64,000 bases of DNA from NCBI GenBank assembly GCA_031254195.1, contig JAIRUW010000044.1:6208-70207 (forward strand). Reading direction: 5' to 3'. The position numbers and the translations under genes were made by a program. The notes below the pieces were generated by a model. That model ran no database searches, was not told the origin of the DNA, and saw only the letters and a list, made by a program, of their open reading frames with translations. The stretch comes from Oscillospiraceae bacterium. Its GTDB lineage: Bacteria > Bacillota > Clostridia > Oscillospirales > UBA929. Below, piece by piece: positions 16,201 through 28,143 of the stretch. Positions within the stretch are counted from its first letter, which is position 1, and each line of letters opens with the position of its first letter.

Positions 16201-17989
16201 CAAGCGCCGCAACACCTTCAATGTGGACGAGGAGCTGGACGCCCCGTTCGACTGGAAGCATCTGTCCCGGGCGATGGGGTATATCAAGCGTTATAAAAGC
16301 AACTTCATTAAGGTGTTTTTCATCAGCGTCCTCGCCATCCTGCTCTCCCTGCTCACCCCCCTGCTCACCATGCTGGTCATTGACAGCTATATACCACAAA
16401 AGGACATCGCCCGTATCGCCGCCGCCGGTGCGATTTTCATCGTCATCAGCGTAGCCATCGTTATATGCAACCGTGCTCGCTCGCGTCTGAACGCGGTGAC
16501 CGGGCAGTATATCATCGCCGAAATGCGCGCCGACCTGTTCGCCCACCTGCAAAAGCTGCCGTTTGACTACTACGACAGCCGTCCCGCCGGGAAGATATTG
16601 GTGCGCGTGGTCAACTATGTCAATACTGTCGCGGACTTTCTATCGTCCGGGCTGATTAACTTTGTCATCGAGCCGCTGTCAATGGTATTTATCGTCCTGT
16701 ACGCCGCGATATTCGTATCGTGGAGGCTAACGCTCGTTATGTTGTGCGGGCTTCCGCTGTTTGCGCTGTATATCTTCATCATCAAGGCCAAACAGCGCCG
16801 CGCGTGGCAGATGTTTTCCAACAAGCAATCCAACATGACGGCTTATCTGGCCGAAAACGTCAACGGCGTGCGCGTAACGCAGGCGTTTTCCCGCGAGGCG
16901 GTCAATGAGGAGGTCATGCAGGGGCTTTTAGACGACAACCGCCGCACATGGATGAAGGCTGTCTACCTCACCCACAGCATGTGGCCGGTCACGGCGGTGC
17001 TGGCGCGCCTGGTCACGGCGGCGATCTACATTGCCGGCGTTTCCGCGCTGAGCGGGGCGTCCGACGCGCTGAGCGTCGGCGTCGTCATCGCTATGGCGGG
17101 CTACGCCTCGCGGTTCTGGGGACCCCTGCAAAACCTGGGCAACCTCTATAACAGCCTGATCAACACCGTCGCTTATTTGGAGCGCATCTTTCAGGTACTG
17201 GACGAGCCGGTCACCGTTACCGACAGCGAGGGCGCGTATGAGCTGCCGGTGATACAAGGCAACGTCACCTTTTTGGATGTGACATTTGCTTACGAGCCGG
17301 GCGTCCCGGTGCTGAAAGGCGTGACGTTCGAGGCGCTGGAGGGCGAGTCCATAGCGCTGGTGGGGCCGACCGGGGCGGGCAAATCGACGATCATCAATCT
17401 GCTCTCCCGCTTCTATAACCTCTCCGGCGGCACGGTCTACGTAGACGGGCACGACATCAACGAGGTAACCCTCCCCTCTCTGCGCCGCCAGATGGGCATC
17501 ATGCTTCAGGACACCTTCATCTTCTCCGGCAGTATCATCGAGAATATCCGCTACGGGCGGCTGGACGCCACCGACGCGGAGTGCATTGAAGCCGCGAGGG
17601 CGGTCTTTGCCGATGAGTTCATCGAACGGTTGCCCAAGGGGTACTACACCCCGGTCAACGAACGGGGCGAGGGGCTTTCGGCGGGGCAGAAACAGCTCAT
17701 TTCGTTCGCCCGCACCCTGCTCAGCGACCCGCGTATCCTGATTCTGGACGAGGCCACCTCCAGCATCGACACCAACACCGAACGGCTGGTACAGGAGGGC
17801 ATAGCCCGTCTGCTGGTGGGGCGCACCTCGTTTATCGTCGCCCACCGGCTGTCCACCATCCGCAACTGCTCGAAGATACTCTATATCGACGGCGGGAACA
17901 TCGCGGAGATGGGCAGCCATGATGAACTGATGGTTATGAAAGGCCAATATTACAGACTGTATATGTCGCAAAGCGGGGAAGGACTATAA
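16193..17989 (+). CDS. ABC exporter, fused permease/ATP-binding subunit B
   Basis: The ATG at 16193 lies 8 nt after AAAGGAGG. Walker A GPTGAGKST, LSAGQKQLISFARTL, ILILDEATSSID. Confidence 0.88.
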   Translation: MADKRRNTFNVDEELDAPFDWKHLSRAMGYIKRYKSNFIKVFFISVLAILLSLLTPLLTMLVIDSYIPQKDIARIAAAGAIFIVISVAIVICNRARSRLNAVTGQYIIAEMRADLFAHLQKLPFDYYDSRPAGKILVRVVNYVNTVADFLSSGLINFVIEPLSMVFIVLYAAIFVSWRLTLVMLCGLPLFALYIFIIKAKQRRAWQMFSNKQSNMTAYLAENVNGVRVTQAFSREAVNEEVMQGLLDDNRRTWMKAVYLTHSMWPVTAVLARLVTAAIYIAGVSALSGASDALSVGVVIAMAGYASRFWGPLQNLGNLYNSLINTVAYLERIFQVLDEPVTVTDSEGAYELPVIQGNVTFLDVTFAYEPGVPVLKGVTFEALEGESIALVGPTGAGKSTIINLLSRFYNLSGGTVYVDGHDINEVTLPSLRRQMGIMLQDTFIFSGSIIENIRYGRLDATDAECIEAARAVFADEFIERLPKGYYTPVNERGEGLSAGQKQLISFARTLLSDPRILILDEATSSIDTNTERLVQEGIARLLVGRTSFIVAHRLSTIRNCSKILYIDGGNIAEMGSHDELMVMKGQYYRLYMSQSGEGL

Positions 17990-18969
17990 TGAGGGAATGG
18001 GATTTTGGCGGAATCGTCCGCGCGTTGCGGGAAAAGCACGGCTGGACGCAGGAGGAGCTTGCGGACAGGTTGGGTTGCTCGCTCTCCTATGTTTCTAAAA
18101 TAGAAAACGGGAGTAGGCAGCCTTCTTATTCTGTAGTGGAACATATCCTGCAAAAGCTGGGGGAAAATTCGCAGGATTATTCTCCCCTCCTCGTTAATGC
18201 AGATGAAAGATACGGATATTCTGTAAAAACAAGACTAGAACAACTGCATAGGCAAGAGGATTATGTAGAAATGCGCCGGTTGGTTGCGGACGCCGAGGGT
18301 AAAAAGCCGTTTACCTCCGGCTTATTCCGGCAGGTTTTGTTATTCTATCAGGTGATGACGGATGAACATGTTGAGAAGGAAGAGCGACTGGAACGGTTAA
18401 TGGAGGCTATTGGTATCACCGTTAAAGATTTTAACGCGGAGAAACTCAGTGTTTCTGTTTTCTCATACACCGAGATCATTATCATCGATGAGATTGCCAA
18501 TGCGTATCATTGCCTCGGGGACAGTGAAAAAGCCGTACAGATTATGTACGGCTTGAAGGCAAGCCTGGACAGGAACTATGTGGATAAATGGGAACAATCG
18601 CGTACATACCCGACTTTGCTGTTTAATCTCTCGGTATACCTTGGGGCGCTTGAACGCAACGATGAAATGTACGATGCTTGCGTGGAGGCAAAGAGGTGGG
18701 CTGTACGATACAATAACACGCGGGCATTGCCGAGTATCTTAGCGACTATCGCGCATTGTAAGTTCCTGAAAGGGGATTACATTGGTATGACGGATGAACT
18801 ACTGCAAGCCTACATGTCGGCGCGGGCGATGGAAAAGTATAGACTGGCAACCCGGATTTCTAAGGTATCAAAAGAGCGCTACGGTATTGATCTTGAAGTA
18901 ACATTTCCCGAAATAATGGTGAAATTTAGTAAATTTCCCGATCATACGGATTGTCAAGCGGCTGAATAG
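17989..18969 (+). CDS. XRE-type HTH + helical-repeat (TPR-like) regulator, RNPP/Rgg/PlcR-like
   Basis: N-terminal HTH LREKHGWTQEELADRLGCSLSYVSKIENGSRQPS, followed by ~250 aa of amphipathic helical repeats. The ATG overlaps the ABC-B stop (TAATG). AT-richer than the upstream genes. Confidence 0.8.
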   Translation: MREWDFGGIVRALREKHGWTQEELADRLGCSLSYVSKIENGSRQPSYSVVEHILQKLGENSQDYSPLLVNADERYGYSVKTRLEQLHRQEDYVEMRRLVADAEGKKPFTSGLFRQVLLFYQVMTDEHVEKEERLERLMEAIGITVKDFNAEKLSVSVFSYTEIIIIDEIANAYHCLGDSEKAVQIMYGLKASLDRNYVDKWEQSRTYPTLLFNLSVYLGALERNDEMYDACVEAKRWAVRYNNTRALPSILATIAHCKFLKGDYIGMTDELLQAYMSARAMEKYRLATRISKVSKERYGIDLEVTFPEIMVKFSKFPDHTDCQAAE

Positions 18970-19066
18970 GCATGGGAATCTTTCCCTTCGCGGCATACAC
19001 CGGGGCGGCAAACAGACAGACCGCAAGAACAGCGGCGGACAGGAGCGCGGTGAATCTTTTTAACAT
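18926..19066 (-). CDS. candidate secreted pro-peptide (46 aa), possible signalling-peptide precursor
   Basis: The ATG at 19066 lies 9 nt after AAGGAGG. Translation MLKRFTALLSAAVLAVCLFAAPVYA/AKGKIPMPIQPLDNPYDREIY has a Sec-type signal with an A-x-A site. The 3' 44 nt are antisense to the regulator's 3' end. Confidence 0.5.
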   Translation of the reverse strand: MLKRFTALLSAAVLAVCLFAAPVYAAKGKIPMPIQPLDNPYDREIY

Positions 19067-19129
19067 AGGGGCCATCCTCCTTGGCAATATTTTCATATAG
19101 TATACTATACATCGAGGCGGTTGTGTATG

Positions 19130-19173
19130 CACTAAATTGAAGTATTTTTACAGGAAAATCTTTCAATTTAGTG
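19130..19173. promoter_or_regulatory. perfect 12-bp inverted repeat (candidate operator) between divergent promoters
   Basis: CACTAAATTGAA (19130-19141), 20 nt, TTCAATTTAGTG (19162-19173). Flanked by minus-strand TATAGT (19104-19109) and plus-strand TCGACA-17-TATAGT (19176-19204). Confidence 0.55.
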
Positions 19174-19269
19174 AATCGACAATTTTCGACAGGCGTGGTA
19201 TAGTCTAATAAACGAGTAAGCGCGGCCGGCTTGCCCGGAATATAGAAAGCTAAAGAGGGGTCTTCAATA

Positions 19270-19536
19270 GTGTTTAGCAGATTGAAAAGCGCAGCGAAAA
19301 TATTTTTATCGATCGGCATGATTGCTCTTATCCTTGCTTTGTACGTCTTTTTTCGTGATAGTGCTTTCGAGCAGTCAATTATATTTAGCAATCCAAAATA
19401 TGTTAGGGATGTTATTATCTTCGTCGTTCTTTTCATTATTTTCGTTGCTTGCACATGCACATCCATCTCTCTAAGGGTAGCACACAAGGAACTGACAGAG
19501 TATTACATTTTACAAAAGGAAAATGATAAACGGTAG
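19270..19536 (+). CDS. small membrane protein (88 aa, GTG start), hypothetical
   Basis: SD AAAGAGGGG upstream. Three hydrophobic segments. AT-rich codon usage unlike the flanks. Confidence 0.5.
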   Translation: MFSRLKSAAKIFLSIGMIALILALYVFFRDSAFEQSIIFSNPKYVRDVIIFVVLFIIFVACTCTSISLRVAHKELTEYYILQKENDKR

Positions 19537-19570
19537 CAAGCATAGAGCATGGGAAAGAGGAGGAGGCGTC

Positions 19571-20089
19571 ATGAGAAAAAACCACATTGCTATAATCGCC
19601 GTATGTATAGCGGCAGCTATAGTGTGCGGCGGAATAGCCGGCAGTTTCAGAATTGCGCTTGCCTTATCGGGCCTTCATGCCGACTATATGGAGGTTGACG
19701 CAGATTTTGACGCCAACGGCAAGCAGATCAAAATATTATGGGTTTACTCGGAAGAGCCTGCATGGGCGTACATGCAGAGAAACGTCTTCGGAATTTGGTC
19801 GGTAGAGTATACTGGGATACGTGCTATCAGTTGGCTGAAGCCCGTTGGGATGCGGCGTTTTTCAGCGCGTGAAAATCCGATAACCGAGTTTGAAAGCCAC
19901 GTGTATTACTACGGCAATGACGCAACCATGCTGATTGATCCTTATAAGCTCGCGTTACCGCATAATGTGCATATAAATGTACGGCAAGCCGGAAAGGAAT
20001 ATTGGATACATTGGATCTCCTTTTTAGGAGAAGAGCCTTCTGGCATCAATATACGCCAGCTGCTTTTAGACGCAGGGTTTATTTCTTAA
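19571..20089 (+). CDS. membrane-anchored hypothetical protein (172 aa)
   Basis: The ATG at 19571 follows GAGGAGGAGG. N-terminal TM anchor IAIIAVCIAAAIVCGGIAG followed by a soluble domain. No recognised family. Confidence 0.6.
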   Translation: MRKNHIAIIAVCIAAAIVCGGIAGSFRIALALSGLHADYMEVDADFDANGKQIKILWVYSEEPAWAYMQRNVFGIWSVEYTGIRAISWLKPVGMRRFSARENPITEFESHVYYYGNDATMLIDPYKLALPHNVHINVRQAGKEYWIHWISFLGEEPSGINIRQLLLDAGFIS

Positions 20090-20125
20090 GGACATTGCTT
20101 TCTCCCCCGGCATGGTGTATACTCT

Positions 20126-20731
20126 TTGAGGCGGCTTGAAGGGGGTGACGGATTGTCTTGCGGTTTTTGTCCGCTTTTCGACAGAATCGATGAGCTTATG
20201 CAACAAAAAAAACACGTTTCCGTTGCGATTGACGGCAACAGCGCGGCGGGCAAATCCTCCCTCGCCGAGTTACTGCGGTCAAGATACCATTGCAATGTGA
20301 TTTCCATGGACGATTTTTTTCTCCAGCCATTCCAAAGGACGCCGGACAGACTTGCCGAGCCGGGCGGGAACATAGACTATGAGAGGTTTGGCGCAGAGGT
20401 CATCCCGCCGCTGGAAACAGGCGGAGCTATTTCCTATCAAGTATACGACTGCCAGATTGGGAAGCTGTCCCGCACAATCCAGGCCGCGCCTCGTCCGCTC
20501 TGTGTTATCGAGGGTGTATACAGCTTGCATCCGCGCTTCATCGACAGCTACGACATAAAGGTCTGTTTGTGCGTTGACGCAGAAGAACAGCGCCGCCGGC
20601 TATTGGAACGAAACCCGGAGCGGTATGACAGGTTTATCAACGAGTGGATACCCATGGAAAACCGGTATTTCGAGGCATTTCAAATTTTTGCAAAATGCGA
20701 TGTGACATTCAACACAAGCGCCAACAATTAA
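20126..20731 (+). CDS. uridine-kinase-like P-loop kinase (start uncertain: TTG 20126 or TTG 20153)
   Basis: VAIDGNSAAGKSSLAELL P-loop, and ...VIEGVYSLHP...VDAEEQRRRLLERN..., the Udk/PRK-family layout. Confidence 0.7.
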   Translation: MRRLEGGDGLSCGFCPLFDRIDELMQQKKHVSVAIDGNSAAGKSSLAELLRSRYHCNVISMDDFFLQPFQRTPDRLAEPGGNIDYERFGAEVIPPLETGGAISYQVYDCQIGKLSRTIQAAPRPLCVIEGVYSLHPRFIDSYDIKVCLCVDAEEQRRRLLERNPERYDRFINEWIPMENRYFEAFQIFAKCDVTFNTSANN

Positions 20732-20744
20732 GGGAGAATGATTT

Positions 20745-21293
20745 ATGAACGCAACCACCAGAGTTAAAAGCCGCAAGAGCCTAAAGAACCTGACCGCTTC
20801 CGGGGTATGCCTCGCGCTGTGTATGCTCCTGCCGTTCCTGACAGGCCAGATTCCCCAAATCGGGAACGCGCTCAGCCCCATGCACATCCCTGTCTTGATC
20901 TGCGGCTTTATCGCAGGCCCGTTTTATGCCGCCGTCATTGGGCTTGCCGCGCCGCCCCTGCGTTTTGCCCTGTTCACCACACCGCCGATGCCCATGGGGA
21001 TCGCCATGAGCTTCGAGCTGATGGTATACGGGCTTGTCGTAGGGCTGCTGTATAAGTGGCTCCCCAAAAAGAATGCGTATATCTATATATCGCTGATCAT
21101 CTCCATGATAGCAGGACGCGTGGTATGGGGCATTGCCCGCCTGCTCCTGCTGGGCGTAGCCGATCTTCCGTTCACTTGGGAACTGTTTATCTCGGGAGCG
21201 CTTTTGAACGCGATTCCGGGGATTATCCTGCATATCGCGATCATCCCCGTCATTATTATGGCGTTAAAGAGGACGAAAGCCATCGCGGAGTGA
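20745..21293 (+). CDS. ECF transporter S-component (substrate unknown)
   Basis: SD AAGGGAG. Six-TM small protein with ...LPFLTGQIP...LSPMHIPVLICGFIAGP.., typical of ECF substrate-capture subunits. Confidence 0.7.
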   Translation: MNATTRVKSRKSLKNLTASGVCLALCMLLPFLTGQIPQIGNALSPMHIPVLICGFIAGPFYAAVIGLAAPPLRFALFTTPPMPMGIAMSFELMVYGLVVGLLYKWLPKKNAYIYISLIISMIAGRVVWGIARLLLLGVADLPFTWELFISGALLNAIPGIILHIAIIPVIIMALKRTKAIAE

Positions 21294-21308
21294 AGGATAC
21301 CCTTCAGT

Positions 21309-21863
21309 CTACCCTACATACGTCACTTTTCCCCTGTCCAATTCATGCGGCTCTTTCCCGCTCTTAGCCGTCCCGGCCAGCACGGCGATACCGAACCGGT
21401 AACCGTCGGGGAAGCGCATACGCTCTTTGAAGCTGTTTCCGCGCGCGCCGGACAACGGTATATCTGCCATACCGCAAATTACACTGCCAAGCCCGAGGGA
21501 ATGGGCGGCGAGGGAGATATTCTGGCTGACAATACCACAGTCCATAGCGGCCCAGTCTGAGCCGTCACACGCCACCATCACCATGCAGGGCGCGTTGTAA
21601 AAGACCTTCCCGCCCCGTGACAGGATGCGTTCATAACCGGACTTATCCTCAGCTTTGGAAAGGATGTCCATGCACTCGGCGTCCATCTCCTCTATCAGGG
21701 CTTTGTCTGTGACCATGATGATGTGCCAAGGCTGGCGGTTCATAGCGCTGGGCGACGCGAGCGACGCGTCCGCCAGAGCTTCGAGTTGCCCCCTTGTGAG
21801 CGGCGTGTCCGCGAAATCGCGGCAGGAGTAACGCTCCATGATGGTTTTCAGTGTCTCGTTCAT
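21309..21863 (-). CDS. nitroreductase family protein
   Basis: The ATG at 21863 follows AGGAGG. MNETLKTIMERYSCRDFADTPLT...SAMNRQPWHIIMV...FYNAP is the nitroreductase fold signature. Confidence 0.85.
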   Translation of the reverse strand: MNETLKTIMERYSCRDFADTPLTRGQLEALADASLASPSAMNRQPWHIIMVTDKALIEEMDAECMDILSKAEDKSGYERILSRGGKVFYNAPCMVMVACDGSDWAAMDCGIVSQNISLAAHSLGLGSVICGMADIPLSGARGNSFKERMRFPDGYRFGIAVLAGTAKSGKEPHELDRGKVTYVG

Positions 21864-21897
21864 TTTGATAATCCTCCTATTCAATAAAACTCTCGTC

Positions 21898-21937
21898 CGC
21901 CGGGTGCGGCGCAAGGTGACATACGTTTCGCAAATTA
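21898..21937. repeat. Element B partial copy (in the nitroreductase 5' leader)
   Basis: About 80% identical over ~40 nt to 34234-34274. Shared blocks are GCCGGGTG, GCAAGGTGACA and GTTTCGCAA at the same spacing. Confidence 0.5.
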
Positions 21938-22072
21938 CTTAATTACAGAAGACAGTATAACAGACATGCTGCGGTACCGTCAACAGCGCCTTGCAAACCG
22001 CCGGGAAGAACCGGTTATCTTCCCAGTTATAGCGAAATTTGCACTATTTATACAAAATCCATAATATGTTGT

Positions 22073-22100
22073 TTGACATTGCGCACATTCGTGTTATACT
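22073..22100 (+). promoter_or_regulatory. candidate promoter of hybrid kinase HK1
   Basis: TTGACA (22073-22078), 16 nt, TGtTATACT (TATACT at 22095-22100). Confidence 0.5.
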
Positions 22101-22171
22101 GATTGTTAAGGCAAACAAGAAGGGGTTTTCATACGCTTTTGGGGAGAAAGTAAAACGAATGGAGGCTTACA

Positions 22172-26920
<4,749 letters not shown>

Positions 26921-26940
26921 ATGGCGACTGTACCAAGTCA

Positions 26941-28014
26941 TTATATTAGGACTTTCTCTACGGTAATATGATAGGATTCGACATCATTATTAAGGTCAAT
27001 GAAGCATTCGTCGGGCTGTTCCGGGGTAGGTTCGAGCTTGATCAGCGGACGGATCAGATTGTCCTCATGGTGCTTAAACACGATGCCTTTCCGCCCGTTT
27101 GACAAAAGAACTTGTACACCCAGCGGGAAAGGCGCGATTTTTTTGGTAAAGCTCTTTACCAGCTCGGCGCCGAAGGCCTGTCCCGCGTTTCCGAGGATAT
27201 ACTCATACGCTTCCGTGACCGGATGGGCCTTTCGGTATGGTCTGTTTGATGTGAAGGCGTCGTAGATGTCGGAAATTGATATAATCTGGGCGTTCAACGG
27301 GATTTCGGCTCCTTTTCTGCCGAAAGGATAACCGCCGCCGTCAAACCTCTCATGGTGCTGGATGATGGGAGCTATGACCGAGCTTGGGAAGAAATATCTC
27401 AGCTTTAATTGATCAACGCCTATTGCCGTATGTGTTTTGATGACCTCATATTCATCCGCTGTCAGTTTGCCGGGCTTATCAAGAATCTCTTTGTCTATAA
27501 ACAGATTCCCGAGATCATGCAGCATAGCCGACAACGCCAGCTTATACAACTGGTCACGGTTGAGATCGAAACCCATGCCTATAACACAGGACAACACGCA
27601 CACATTGATGGAATGCTGGTATGTATACGCGTCATATCCTTTCATATCAATGATGTTGATGATGACAGAGCCTGAGCCGGTAATCTCGTCGATCACTTGG
27701 TTCAGGACTTCCAGCACATCCTTTACGGCTTCGCTGAAGAGGACGGCTTTTTTCTTTGCCGCGGCGGTCATGAGCTTGCGAACCGATTTTCCGGCTTTGC
27801 TCCGGGTTTCAGGCGAGATGACATTTTCAATATCGAGGCCTTCGGAAAACGCGTCTTCTATATACAGGCCCATATATCCCAAATATTTCAATTTTGCGAT
27901 GACAGGCGCCGTCAAAGCCAGCCCCGATTGGATCAAAAGATACCCGGTCTGCCCATAAAACGGCTTGCCGATAATCATGCCTTCTTTCAAATCATTAACG
28001 GAAATAAAACGCAT
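26941..28014 (-). CDS. HD-GYP domain protein (probable c-di-GMP phosphodiesterase)
   Basis: HSINVCVL...AMLHDLG...HHERFDGGGYP...ISDIYDAFTSNRPYRKA. No receiver domain at the N-terminus. Confidence 0.88.
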   Translation of the reverse strand: MRFISVNDLKEGMIIGKPFYGQTGYLLIQSGLALTAPVIAKLKYLGYMGLYIEDAFSEGLDIENVISPETRSKAGKSVRKLMTAAAKKKAVLFSEAVKDVLEVLNQVIDEITGSGSVIINIIDMKGYDAYTYQHSINVCVLSCVIGMGFDLNRDQLYKLALSAMLHDLGNLFIDKEILDKPGKLTADEYEVIKTHTAIGVDQLKLRYFFPSSVIAPIIQHHERFDGGGYPFGRKGAEIPLNAQIISISDIYDAFTSNRPYRKAHPVTEAYEYILGNAGQAFGAELVKSFTKKIAPFPLGVQVLLSNGRKGIVFKHHEDNLIRPLIKLEPTPEQPDECFIDLNNDVESYHITVEKVLI

Positions 28015-28143
28015 TTATCCTCCCCCCCTTTGCCTCTCTGTCAGCAGTTTCTCCGTCGCGACGGCCCTCACATAGCATTATATCACCAGATTATGATACT
28101 TTCAATATGAGAATTAAAAATAGCAAATATAGGGGGTTAATGT

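Noticed and set aside
16928-17971. Long antisense ORFs opposite well-supported genes: 16928..17971, 23732..25336, 41915..43606, 48682..49605, 49612..51123, 28531..29316 and many shorter ones.
   Set aside because: They lie entirely antisense to genes with unmistakable family signatures (ABC, kinase, NuoF-like, UvrA). They have Arg/Ala/Gly/Pro-rich low-complexity translations typical of high-GC antisense frames, and they have no SD.
18954-19487. A 177-aa minus-strand ORF spanning the regulator/peptide/operator region.
   Set aside because: It runs through two promoters and the palindrome, has no SD, and conflicts with the better-supported 46-aa ORF and the plus-strand gene at 19270.
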